Positions 1-8,705 of a DNA stretch of 34,728 nucleotides are shown here, one piece after another. The translations under genes were made by a program, and so were the position numbers. The first letter of the stretch is position 1, and each line of letters starts with the position of its first letter. Origin of the DNA: Thermovirgaceae bacterium. Its GTDB lineage: Bacteria; Synergistota; Synergistia; Synergistales; Thermovirgaceae. Location: the NCBI GenBank assembly GCA_046542505.1, contig JBKHBH010000014.1, positions 1-34,728 of the forward strand. The letters are read 5' to 3'. A model generated the notes under the pieces. The model searched no databases, was not told the DNA's origin, and saw only the letters and a list, made by a program, of their open reading frames with translations.

Positions 1-54
1 GGGTGACATTTTCCCTGTCCCCTTAAAGGGTGACATTATCGCTGTCCGGTCACA
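1..54. mobile_element. Terminal repeat of an IS-like element (TGT/ACA-ended, IS1202/IS481-like), copy 1; the element body would lie off the left edge
   Basis: Two tandem 20-bp subrepeats GGGTGACATTWTCSCTGTCC (1-20 and 28-47, period 27), ending ...GGTCACA. Positions 1-55 are 54/55 identical to 21166-21220. A TGT terminus with repeated binding sites is typical of these DDE transposon ends. No transposase is present in the window, so the family is inferred. Confidence 0.7.
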
Positions 55-71
55 ACAGGGACAGGAAGAGG

Positions 72-100
72 TTGACGCCCGAAGGGATCTCTCATATAAT
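72..100 (+). promoter_or_regulatory. sigma70/sigmaA promoter of tRNA-Leu
   Basis: TTGACG (72-77), 17-bp spacer, TATAAT (95-100); 21 bp upstream of the tRNA. Confidence 0.85.
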
Positions 101-121
101 TGCTTTCGCGTCAGAAATCGA

Positions 122-208
122 GCGGGGGTGGCGGAACAGGTAGACGCGCCAGGTTGAGGGCCTGGTGGCCTCCGGGCTGTGGGAGTTCGAGTCTCCCCCT
201 CCGCACCA
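122..208 (+). tRNA. tRNA-Leu (anticodon GAG)
   Basis: Acceptor stem GCGGGGG/CCTCCGC, D-loop with GG, anticodon arm CCAGG-TTGAGGG-CCTGG, long variable arm, T-loop TTCGAGT, encoded CCA; 87 nt. Confidence 0.97.
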
Positions 209-218
209 CAAACACCGA

Positions 219-251
219 GTGCCCTTCATTTAGTGAAGGGCACCTTTTTTT
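219..251 (+). terminator. Intrinsic terminator after the tRNA
   Basis: Hairpin GTGCCCTTCA-TTTAG-TGAAGGGCAC followed by C and a T7 tract. Confidence 0.85.
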
Positions 252-271
252 CTGATTCAGGGTCCGGTGTC

Positions 272-1534
272 TCAGTCAATAAGTAAATCTGGAATCCACA
301 AGGCGATTTGCGGGAAGATCACCAGAAGGACAAGAACGAGGACCATGGATGCGTACAAAGGCAGCAGGAACCTGAAACTCTCTTCATATCGGACATTGGC
401 GATCCGGCAGGCGGCGATAAGGTCAACACCCAAAGGCGGTGTGTTGGCCCCGATCGCCAGGTTCACGCAGACGATGACGCCCAGGTGAACGGGATCCATT
501 CCCAGCTGCATGAATATGGGCATGACGATAATGATGATGGCGATTGTTTCCATGAACATGCCAAGGATGATCAGGAGGATGTTGAAAAGGATCAGAATGA
601 CCCAGTAATTCCCGCTTACGGAAAGAAAGAAGTCTGCCACTTTCTGGGGGATGTCCTCAGCGGCGAGAATCCAGCCGAAGAGATTCGCCGCGGCGATGAT
701 GAAAAGAACAACGGCACTGATTCTGGCGACCTCTATGCAGATTTCCATGAGTTTGTGCCACGTCACCTTTTTGTAGACGAACATCGACAGGATGAGAGCA
801 TAGAGCGCTGCAACGCCGCCGGCTTCGGTTGCCGTGAAAATACCCAGAAGTATTCCTCCGAGGATGATGAAAGGTACCAAAAGGGGCAGAAAGGCCCCTT
901 TGAAAGCCGTCCATCTTTCACGCCAGTTCGACCGGTCGAGACGGGGATAGTTTTCCCGAAGGGCGAACACATAAGAAATGAGCATCAGGCCGATTCCCGC
1001 CAGGATACCGGGAATGATGCCTCCAAGGAAAAGTTTCCCGATTGAAGTTCCCATAGTGACTCCAAGGATGACCATGACGATGCTTGGAGGGATGATCGTC
1101 GCCAGGGCACCGGAACATCCAAGCAGAGCGGCGCTGAAAGGTTTCTTGTAGCCTTGTTCCTTCATGACGGGAAGAAGGATTGATCCAATGGCCGCCACAT
1201 CGGCTACGCCCGAACCGGAAATGGCCCCGAAAAACATGCAGGAAACGACCATGACCATTGCCATGCCTCCCGGGATGTGCCCCACGAGGGTGGAGGCGAA
1301 TTTCATGATCCTCGGCGTGATGTCGCCTTCCGCCATGAGTCCGCCTGCCAGAAGGAACAGGGGAATTGCAAGAAGAGTAAAGGAATCAACCCCGACGACC
1401 ATACGCTGGGCAACGACCAATAGTGGAACGGCTGATTCGAATATCAGATATGCCGTCCCGGAGATCGCAATGGCGAAGGCCACGGGAATCCCGGCGGCCA
1501 AAGACAGAAACATGACGGCCAGCAGCGTCAACAT
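272..1534 (-). CDS. dctM: TRAP transporter large permease
   Basis: 420-aa hydrophobic protein with motifs LLAIPLFLLAG, FFGAISGS, IIPPS, GIFTATEA and TPP. Confidence 0.95.
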   Translation of the reverse strand: MLTLLAVMFLSLAAGIPVAFAIAISGTAYLIFESAVPLLVVAQRMVVGVDSFTLLAIPLFLLAGGLMAEGDITPRIMKFASTLVGHIPGGMAMVMVVSCMFFGAISGSGVADVAAIGSILLPVMKEQGYKKPFSAALLGCSGALATIIPPSIVMVILGVTMGTSIGKLFLGGIIPGILAGIGLMLISYVFALRENYPRLDRSNWRERWTAFKGAFLPLLVPFIILGGILLGIFTATEAGGVAALYALILSMFVYKKVTWHKLMEICIEVARISAVVLFIIAAANLFGWILAAEDIPQKVADFFLSVSGNYWVILILFNILLIILGMFMETIAIIIIVMPIFMQLGMDPVHLGVIVCVNLAIGANTPPLGVDLIAACRIANVRYEESFRFLLPLYASMVLVLVLLVIFPQIALWIPDLLID

Positions 1535-1546
1535 AGAAGTTTCACC

Positions 1547-2020
1547 TCATTGCCTTTCCCTGTCCTTCAGGAAGGGAAAGCGCCGGAAGCCGGCGATCAT
1601 GAGAATGCATCCCACCGGGAATGCCAGATAAAGGATGCCGGCGGGTACTTGGAGAGCCGTTGTCCGTTGCGGCCATGTCCGCATGACAACCTGCCATCCC
1701 GACCATATACCGATGAAAAGAAACACGAGCATTACGGCATCAGCGAGGAGTTGTACTCCTTTTTTTAGCGGCTGGCAGGAAATGGCCTCCACGACAAAGC
1801 TGACAACCATGTGCTCCCCCCGCCGCATGGCGGCGGCGGACCCGAGGAAGGTGAGCCAGACGAGAAGAGTCTTCGAAAACTCCGCTCCCCACGGGATGGG
1901 TGCGAGGAATATGTACCTGGCGCTGACCTCGATGACGACCTCTGCGAAAATTAGCAAGAGGGCGATGGAAAGGAGAAATTCCACCGCCCCGAAGATTCGC
2001 TCCAGTACCCTATTCACCAT
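1547..2020 (-). CDS. dctQ: TRAP transporter small permease
   Basis: 157 aa with 4 TM segments, motif W-x-x-E...VWLTFLGSAAAMRRGEH; lies between dctP and dctM. Confidence 0.92.
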   Translation of the reverse strand: MVNRVLERIFGAVEFLLSIALLLIFAEVVIEVSARYIFLAPIPWGAEFSKTLLVWLTFLGSAAAMRRGEHMVVSFVVEAISCQPLKKGVQLLADAVMLVFLFIGIWSGWQVVMRTWPQRTTALQVPAGILYLAFPVGCILMIAGFRRFPFLKDRERQ

Positions 2021-2984
2021 ATTTCCTCACAAGATCCATGAGCTCTTTCCCGAAGACGGATTCATACTCCTTCCAGACCGGCTGGACAGCAGCCTTGAAG
2101 GCATCCTTGTCGACCTCGTTGATTTCCATGCCTTTTTCTTCCAGTTTCGTGAGGAAATCTTCTTCCTGTTGCATGATCTGTTCCCGTTCCCGATCGCGCC
2201 ATTTCTCGGCGAGGTTGATGACAATTTCTTTGTCTTCGTCTGAAATGCAGTTCCAGACTGAGCTGTTGACACACAAAAGAGCCGAACCCCAGATGTGGCC
2301 GCTCAGGGAAAGGTAGTCCTGGACTTCATAGAATGCACTGGAGTGGATGATGGCCAGCGGGTTTTCCTGGGCATCGACGACGCCTTGTTGCAAGGCGGTG
2401 TAAAGTTCTCCGAAGTCTATGGGCATCGGGGATGCGCCCAGGGTATTGAAAGTGTCAAGCCGCATCTTGTCGGGTGTGACCCGGATCTTCATGCCTTCCA
2501 TGTCCGCCGGTACGACAATGGGCTTTTTGCTGTTGGTTATGTGGCGGAAGCCGTTTTCCCACCATGCGAGCCCCGTGATGCCCTTTAAGTCGAGTATTTC
2601 GAGCAGCATGTCGCCGATTTCCCCGTCCATCGCCGTGTAGGCGGCCTGATGGTCTGCCCAGGCGTAAGGAAGAGCCTCGATCCCGAATTTCGGGTCCAGG
2701 GACTGGAAAGAACCGCCGCCGATAAGACCTCCGTCTACGGTCTGAAGCGTCAGTCCCTCAATAACGTCTTTCTCGTTCCCCAGCTGGGAACTCGGATACA
2801 CCTTGACGACAACCCGCCCGTCGGTCTGTTTCTCCACATCCCTGGCGAAGCCTTCAAGATTTGTGTGCCATGCATGATCGGAATTCAGAACGTGCCCTAT
2901 CTTGATTTCGACGGCGGAGAAGGAAGGTGCCGGTGCCAGCAGGAGAAAGCAAACTATTGTTGTCAGTGCAATCAGCTTTCGCAT
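2010..2984 (-). CDS. dctP: TRAP transporter substrate-binding protein
   Basis: Signal peptide MRKLIALTTIVCFLLLAPAPSFS; motifs YPSSQLG, ENGFR, GMKIRV, ELYTALQQGVVDAQENP. Start moved to the ATG at 2984 (the ORF is open to 3056). Confidence 0.93.
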   Translation of the reverse strand: MRKLIALTTIVCFLLLAPAPSFSAVEIKIGHVLNSDHAWHTNLEGFARDVEKQTDGRVVVKVYPSSQLGNEKDVIEGLTLQTVDGGLIGGGSFQSLDPKFGIEALPYAWADHQAAYTAMDGEIGDMLLEILDLKGITGLAWWENGFRHITNSKKPIVVPADMEGMKIRVTPDKMRLDTFNTLGASPMPIDFGELYTALQQGVVDAQENPLAIIHSSAFYEVQDYLSLSGHIWGSALLCVNSSVWNCISDEDKEIVINLAEKWRDREREQIMQQEEDFLTKLEEKGMEINEVDKDAFKAAVQPVWKEYESVFGKELMDLVRKYGE

Positions 2985-3216
2985 CTTTTCCCCATCCCTT
3001 TTTTTCGCAGGATATAACAAAAGGTTTTTTATTTTCTCACTGGGATGAAATTTCACCCCCTTCTGCAGTAGAACCGCCGATTTTTTCGTTTCTTACTTTA
3101 CTAGAGGACAGCATGTTTGTAATACTCCGTACAATCTGGAAAGAGAAGTACCAAAATTTGATTTTCAGATCACCAGGGAAAAGAGCGCCTGTGTATGGTT
3201 TACGGTTTCGAGGAAA

Positions 3217-4140
3217 CTAACCCGGAGGGATTGTCCGGTTCCGCCGAGAAGATTCACAGGAAACGACGGCAATGGCAGCCACGATCATAAGGCCGCCGAG
3301 GATTTCAAAGGAAGCGGGCGGGCTTTTCAGTGCGATGGCCGAAAGAGCAAAGGCGGTGACGATTTCTATCGACGAGACGACGCTTGCTGCAGGGGCCTGG
3401 ATCGATCGGAGTGCGAAAAAGTACAGGGAATAACCGATAAAGCTGCCGATAAGACTGAGATAGAGAATCCAAAGCAGTTGCACTCGAGTGAGAAGCACAA
3501 GATCCGCCCATCCAGAGGAAAAGGTTTTGAGCAGAAGAAGCCAGAATGTTCCGAATACCTGGGCATAAAAGAAAAAGGACAACTGGGACATGCTTTTGGA
3601 ATTTGTCATGTAACGCCCGGACAGGGAATAAAGGGCCATTCCCGTAGATGCCAGCATGGACCAGAAGACGCCTCTCCAGGAAAACTCGAGCGCATTGTTC
3701 TGAAAACCGGGGAAGATGGCGATGGCGACACCGGCAAGTGTAATAAGGGCGGCGGCGATGTGAACCGGTTTTGGTGGCTCTTTTGCAACAAAAGCGGAAC
3801 CCACTGCGGTGAGGAGGGGGTGCGAAAAGAAAATCACCACGGCCAACGGCACAGTGAGCGTCTCCAGGGCCAGAAAAAAGGCGGCGTAGATGCCTGGGAT
3901 CGAAACGGCCGAGACCAGTGCGACAGGAATTGCCGCCCTTGGAGAAATCGACAGCGCCGACGGGTTCGCGAAAAGCAGAAAGAGACCGATCGCGAAGGCC
4001 ATCACAGCCGCCCGCAACACTGCGACGGTGAGCATGTCAGTGCCGAGTCCCGCAAGGGTCTTTCCCACCGGGCTCATCGTTCCCCAAAGGACGCCTGCCA
4101 GAAGGATTGATGAAAGGCCTTTGTAAGTGTCGTTTTTCAT
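3217..4140 (-). CDS. DMT/EamA family transporter
   Basis: 307 aa, about 10 TM segments in two EamA-like repeats; GGAGG RBS upstream. Confidence 0.9.
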   Translation of the reverse strand: MKNDTYKGLSSILLAGVLWGTMSPVGKTLAGLGTDMLTVAVLRAAVMAFAIGLFLLFANPSALSISPRAAIPVALVSAVSIPGIYAAFFLALETLTVPLAVVIFFSHPLLTAVGSAFVAKEPPKPVHIAAALITLAGVAIAIFPGFQNNALEFSWRGVFWSMLASTGMALYSLSGRYMTNSKSMSQLSFFFYAQVFGTFWLLLLKTFSSGWADLVLLTRVQLLWILYLSLIGSFIGYSLYFFALRSIQAPAASVVSSIEIVTAFALSAIALKSPPASFEILGGLMIVAAIAVVSCESSRRNRTIPPG

Positions 4141-4233
4141 TTACCCTCCAGGATTATCGTATCCGTGATATATCGGAAACCATTGTAATTGTACGTGATA
4201 ACGGAGGATGGACGTTTTCAATACCGCGGGAGG

Positions 4234-4983
4234 TCATGATAAGAGTGTTTTTGAGTCTTCGGGGATTTCCCAGCCCAGCTCGCCGCAGGCCGTCAGAAAG
4301 TCCGGTCCGGGCGGGTCTGTGACTGTAAAGGGTGTTCCTTTACGAGGATGGGGGATGGTGATCCTGCAGGCATGAAGGAGAAGGCGTCTGACGCGGAAAT
4401 GGCTTCTGAAGAAGCGATTGTGCCTGCCGTCACCGTATTCGACGTCGCCGATAACCGGGTGCGAGATGCGCCGCAGATGCCTTCTGATCTGATGTCTCCG
4501 GCCTGTAAGGGGATGGATCCTGACCAGAGAATACCGGCTTGTCGGGTGTTTCGAGACAGCGTAGGGCACCTCAGCCGTCGCGAGACGGATGTATTCCGTC
4601 AGGGCGTCTTTTGGCGTTCCTTGTCTGAAACCTGGTTCTTCGATGTTGCCATCGGAAGGTTTGCCCAGCGGGGAATCGATTTTCCCCATTTCATCGACCC
4701 AGCCCCTCACGACGGCAATATAGGTTTTTCGCACGGCATTTTCTCTAAAACTTTCCGAAAGGGACCTCGCTGATTCCAAAGTGGTGGCGAAAAGAACAAT
4801 GCCAGACGTCGGCCTGTCCAGGCGATGCACCGGATAAAGATATCGACCGGTCAGATCGCGGGCCTGCTGCAAAAGAAAGGGGCCTTTGTCTGATGCTATC
4901 CGTGTTCGGTGAACAAGTAACCCTTCCGGTTTCGACAGGGCTATGAGGTGTTCATCTTCGTAAAGAACGAAGGTTGGGTTCAA
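4234..4983 (-). CDS. truC: RluA-family pseudouridine synthase, TruC-like
   Basis: Catalytic HRLDRPTSG, KPEGLLVH, TGRRHQIRRH and HPVIGD; the C-terminal half resembles E. coli TruC/YqcB as recalled. Confidence 0.8.
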   Translation of the reverse strand: MNPTFVLYEDEHLIALSKPEGLLVHRTRIASDKGPFLLQQARDLTGRYLYPVHRLDRPTSGIVLFATTLESARSLSESFRENAVRKTYIAVVRGWVDEMGKIDSPLGKPSDGNIEEPGFRQGTPKDALTEYIRLATAEVPYAVSKHPTSRYSLVRIHPLTGRRHQIRRHLRRISHPVIGDVEYGDGRHNRFFRSHFRVRRLLLHACRITIPHPRKGTPFTVTDPPGPDFLTACGELGWEIPEDSKTLLS

Positions 4984-5063
4984 GGAATCCCTCCAGTCTG
5001 GAGACGTCTAAGGAGAAACTATTCTACCTCCCCGTGGGGCTCCCTTCAATAGTTTGCGTCTGT

Positions 5064-5092
5064 TTGTTGTACATACCATATAGAGGTATAAT
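5064..5092 (+). promoter_or_regulatory. Putative sigma70 promoter of the selenoprotein gene
   Basis: TTGTTG (5064-5069), 17 bp, TATAAT (5087-5092); RBS GAGGGGG at 5116-5122. Confidence 0.5.
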
Positions 5093-5130
5093 GTGAAAAA
5101 TGTAATCTTCGATCTGAGGGGGATATTTCA

Positions 5131-5424
5131 ATGAAATCACTCGCTCTTTCAGTAAACGGCAAGGCCCGGGGGATTATGGAATCCATGGGCAACACCGGGC
5201 ATATCGTTCACGCAACCATGGGAAGCGGCTGATGCAGGATTCCCGTCGCCCTCGTCGAGGGTGGAGAACCTGAAGACAAAAGTGTCCATACCGTTGTGGA
5301 ATCCGAGGGGTTGAAAGTGTGGATTCCCGAGGGCATGTCTTTTTCGGCTGATACAGTGAAGGTTCAGGCGGAAAAAAGTTGGAACGGCTGGATACTTTTT
5401 GTTCCGAGCGCACTTTTGGGGTAA
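5131..5424 (+). CDS. Putative selenoprotein, CC/Se-motif (HesB-like) family, 97 aa with Sec34
   Basis: Manual translation: MKSLALSVNGKARGIMESMGNTGHIVHATMGSG-U(TGA 5230-5232)-CRIPVALVEGGEPEDKSVHTVVESEGLKVWIPEGMSFSADTVKVQAEKSWNGWILFVPSALLG*. It has an RBS and a promoter, the frame stays open after the UGA, and a SECIS-like hairpin follows. Absent from the ORF track. Confidence 0.8.
5235..5272 (+). promoter_or_regulatory. Bacterial SECIS-like stem-loop
   Basis: Upper stem CGCCCUC/GAGGGUG with apical loop GUC (G at 5254, 21 nt between the UGA and the loop); lower stem CAGG(A)UUC/GAACCUG. Confidence 0.65.
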
Positions 5425-5531
5425 GCGCCGCATGAACGAAAAAGAAGGCGGTAGGCCGCGGACTCGTTAACGGCTTGCCCCTTGCCATGTTCATGGGGTA
5501 AACTCGACGCTGTCCCGGTATTGCAAGAATA

Positions 5532-6230
5532 TTGAACAAAAAAGGAGAGAATCTGGAATTGAATCGACGAGAGCGAAAAGCCCCCGTTGTTGTGGTTTTG
5601 TGCCTCCTTTTGCTCCTTTCGTTTTTCGTGGGAGCCGGATTCGCGGAAGGGGACGTTTACAACAGGAACTTGAGGGAAGATCCCGTAGAAGCGCAAAAGG
5701 AACCCGACCCTGCAAAAACCCGAGATGGTAAGATGGTCGTAATCATGAACAGGTTCATGGAGGCAAATCCGGAACTTGAGGAGTATGCTGCAGGGAAATT
5801 TGCCGGATATGTTTTGGAGGCGTCGGATCAATTTGGTGTCCATCCCTTCCTCATTGCGGCAATCATCATCAAGGAATCCACCGTTCGTTACAGGGCCCGT
5901 TCACGTTACGCCTACGGACTCATGCAGATCAACTGGAGCGCCCACAAAAGGGCTCTTAGGTCAGCCTTCAGTGAGATAGAGACCCTTGAAGACCTCATAC
6001 AGCCGCGCAACAATATTCTGGCGGGGACCTACATTTTTTCCTGTTACCTTAATTCCAGTGACGGCAACATTTCCGAGGCCCTTGCCATGTATCTCGGCAA
6101 AAACGGGACGAGGTATATTAAAAACGTCATGGAGAATTTCGAGCTCATGCTGGCTCAATATGAGAAAAAACAGGAACAGAGAATCACAAGCCTGCCCTGT
6201 TTGAGCCTGGTTGCTCAAACAGAGGCCTGA
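5532..6230 (+). CDS. Lytic transglycosylase (SLT domain), exported or membrane-anchored
   Basis: N-terminal hydrophobic segment; SLT motifs AIIIKES, AYGLMQI, NILAGTYI and ALAMY; start codon uncertain. Confidence 0.85.
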   Translation: MNKKGENLELNRRERKAPVVVVLCLLLLLSFFVGAGFAEGDVYNRNLREDPVEAQKEPDPAKTRDGKMVVIMNRFMEANPELEEYAAGKFAGYVLEASDQFGVHPFLIAAIIIKESTVRYRARSRYAYGLMQINWSAHKRALRSAFSEIETLEDLIQPRNNILAGTYIFSCYLNSSDGNISEALAMYLGKNGTRYIKNVMENFELMLAQYEKKQEQRITSLPCLSLVAQTEA

Positions 6231-6249
6231 TGAAATTGGGGGTTTTGTC

Positions 6250-7338
6250 GTGAAGGAAGCTTCCCGCAATTGGCCCAAGCTGAGACTCGGGAAACATGAA
6301 CCCAAATATCCCCTGATTCAGGGTGGCATGGGAGTCAGAATTTCCGGGCCTCGGCTCGCAGGTGCCGTCGCAAAGGCCGGCGGGGTCGGGACCATCGCCA
6401 GCGTCGGCCTCGCTGTGTGTTCCCCACTGTATGACGGGACCAACTATTTCGAGGTAAACAAGAAAGTCATACGTGCTGATATCGCCCTGGCAAGAAGCCT
6501 TGCACCCGGCGGGGTCATTGCCGTCAACGCCATGGTTGCCCTGACGGATTTTGAGGATCACGTCAGGGCTGCTTGCGAGGGTGGTGTGGATGTCATTATT
6601 TCCGGTGCCGGCCTGCCCCTCAGGCTTCCTGAAATCACCGCCGGATACCCGGATGTGGCTTTGATTCCCATAGTCAGTTCCACCAAGGCTGCGAGGATCA
6701 TAAACCGCCGTTGGGAAAAACACTACAAAAGACTGCCCGACGGATTCGTTGTGGAAACGCCTCTGTACGCCGGCGGACACCTGGGCGTCACCAAACCAGA
6801 GCAGGTTGATGACGAGGCTTTTTCCCTGGAACATGTCGTTCCGGAGCTTGTCGCGTACCTGGAGGAAGAAATCAAGGTGGACATTCCGGTCATAGCTGCT
6901 GGAGGAATTTGGGACCGCGGTGATGTGGAACGAATGTTCAGCCTCGGGGCCAAAGGTGTTCAGATGGGAACCCGGTTCGCCACCACTGTTGAAGGGGATG
7001 CGAGTCAGGGGTTCAAGGACGTGTTTATCAACGCTAAAGAGGAAGACGTTGTCGTCATCAAGAGTCCCGTAGGCATTCCGGGAAGGGTGTTGCGGACGCC
7101 CTTTGTTGAGGAGTATCTCCAGGGGCGCGTCAAGAGCAAGCCATGTTTCGCCAACTGCCTCTCTCATTGTGCCTACAGGAATGAACGAAAGGCATTCTGC
7201 ATTGCACAGGCATTGGTGGATGCTTTCCGCGGGAATTATGAAGAAGGCCTTTTCTTCTGCGGTTCAAACGTTGGTCGGATCTCCCGCATGGAAAAGGTGG
7301 ACGAGATTTTCCAGGAGCTTTTCAGCGAAGGATCCTGA
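6250..7338 (+). CDS. Nitronate monooxygenase / FabK-like FMN-dependent oxidoreductase
   Basis: PLIQGGMG, SGAGLP, AGGHLG, IAAGGI, GVQMGTRF and a C-terminal Cys cluster; start placed at GTG 6250 (ORF open from 6211). Confidence 0.88.
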   Translation: MKEASRNWPKLRLGKHEPKYPLIQGGMGVRISGPRLAGAVAKAGGVGTIASVGLAVCSPLYDGTNYFEVNKKVIRADIALARSLAPGGVIAVNAMVALTDFEDHVRAACEGGVDVIISGAGLPLRLPEITAGYPDVALIPIVSSTKAARIINRRWEKHYKRLPDGFVVETPLYAGGHLGVTKPEQVDDEAFSLEHVVPELVAYLEEEIKVDIPVIAAGGIWDRGDVERMFSLGAKGVQMGTRFATTVEGDASQGFKDVFINAKEEDVVVIKSPVGIPGRVLRTPFVEEYLQGRVKSKPCFANCLSHCAYRNERKAFCIAQALVDAFRGNYEEGLFFCGSNVGRISRMEKVDEIFQELFSEGS

Positions 7339-7345
7339 TCTGTCA

Positions 7346-8671
7346 TCAGGGTTTGGCGGATTTGGCCTCTTCCTCGGCCAGAATTGCCATATAGGCGGGC
7401 ATTTTGCGGGCTTCGCTCCGGAGAAAGGGAAGTCTCCGCGCAAAGAGGATACCACCAAAAAGGCAGGCGAGACCTCCACAAAAGAGAGTCGCCTGGGCGC
7501 CGAAAAGACGAGCCAGATAACCGGCGGCGAGGCTCCCTATGGGGCCGATTCCGACCAGGGACATGACATAGAGGCTCATGACGCGTCCACGCTTCGAATC
7601 TTCCACCAGTGTTTGGAGCAGCGTATTGCAGGAAGAAACGGCAAGCACGAAACCGAATCCGATGATAACCATCAGCGGAGTGGAAACAGCCGCTACAGGC
7701 GAAACAGCAAAGGCCGAGAGGCCGACTCCAAAGATGATTGCAGCCGTAGAAATCGTTTTCCCTAGCCCGATCGGATTGTCCCGGGCCGCCAGGATGGCTC
7801 CCGCCACGAGGGCGCCGAGACCGGAGGCCGCAAGCAAAAGGCCGAGAGTCTGCGGCCCTCCCTTGAGGATGTCTTTGGCGAAAACGGGCATCAATGCCAG
7901 GTAGGGAAGACCGGTGAAACTCAAAAGGGAGAGAAGAAGCAGGATCGCTTTGATCGGTCGATGGCCAAAGGCATAGACCAGTCCCTCAACGACTCCCGAA
8001 AGCCCCGCTTTCGGGAGTCGTTCTTTTTCTTTTTTGGTCAGCTTGATGGCTTTCAGTGCCAGAAGGGTAGTCAAAAAGCTCGCTCCGTTCAAAAGAAAGC
8101 AGATTCCTTCACCCACCATGGCGATAACCATTCCTGCAACGGAAGGTCCTACGAGCCGGGCGATGTTGAAAAGGGACGAATTCAGGGCGATTGCGTTTCC
8201 AAGATCCTGGCGTCTTTCCACCAGATGAATCACAAAAGCCTGTCGTCCGGGCATGTCGAAGGCGTTAATGACTCCCAAAAAGGCACTCAAAACAATGATG
8301 TGCCAGTACAGGATGGAACCTGTCAGTGTCAATGCCGCGAGCAGAATTGCCTGAAGCAGGGCGAGAGCCTGGGTGACCAGAAGAAGCGTCCTCAGGTTCA
8401 CATGGTCTATCCAGAGGCCGGTAAGGAGGCTCAGCGCAAAAACGGGTATCTGGCCGATGAAATCGACAAGACCGAGCGCCACCGGCGAGTCGGTCAGCCG
8501 GTACACGAGCCAGCTCAGGGCTACGCGCTGCATCCAGATCCCGATGAGAGAAACGCTCTGACCGAAGAAAAACAGCCGGTAATTCCTGGAGCGCAGCCCA
8601 CGGCCTATCTGAATCAGCCCTTGCGAAGCCTGGTCCCGCAGGTTCAGGAACCTGTACCGGAAATATTGCAC
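7346..8671 (-). CDS. MFS transporter (MFS_3/DUF894-like)
   Basis: NYRLFFFGQSVSLIGIWMQ, FDMPGRQAF, NAIALNS, RGRVMSLY; about 12 TM segments. Confidence 0.9.
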   Translation of the reverse strand: MQYFRYRFLNLRDQASQGLIQIGRGLRSRNYRLFFFGQSVSLIGIWMQRVALSWLVYRLTDSPVALGLVDFIGQIPVFALSLLTGLWIDHVNLRTLLLVTQALALLQAILLAALTLTGSILYWHIIVLSAFLGVINAFDMPGRQAFVIHLVERRQDLGNAIALNSSLFNIARLVGPSVAGMVIAMVGEGICFLLNGASFLTTLLALKAIKLTKKEKERLPKAGLSGVVEGLVYAFGHRPIKAILLLLSLLSFTGLPYLALMPVFAKDILKGGPQTLGLLLAASGLGALVAGAILAARDNPIGLGKTISTAAIIFGVGLSAFAVSPVAAVSTPLMVIIGFGFVLAVSSCNTLLQTLVEDSKRGRVMSLYVMSLVGIGPIGSLAAGYLARLFGAQATLFCGGLACLFGGILFARRLPFLRSEARKMPAYMAILAEEEAKSAKP

Positions 8672-8705
8672 TCTTTATCGCTCCCCTCGGTATCCAGGAG
8701 ATCCA

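Noticed and set aside
1..54. CRISPR array or mini-array
   Set aside because: Only two 20-bp units with a 7-bp linker that is identical in both copies; no variable spacers and no cas genes.
122..271. Genomic island integrated at the tRNA-Leu 3' end
   Set aside because: No integrase and no duplicated tRNA 3' end were seen; the terminator follows directly.
5149..5843. Minus-strand ORFs 5149-5433, 5174-5539 and 5364-5843
   Set aside because: Shadows of the plus-strand selenoprotein and transglycosylase genes; no recognisable motifs.
6184..7167. Long antisense or alternate-frame ORFs (also 30262-31326, 24917-25735, 18894-19712)
   Set aside because: They overlap well-supported genes, which is expected in GC-rich coding DNA.
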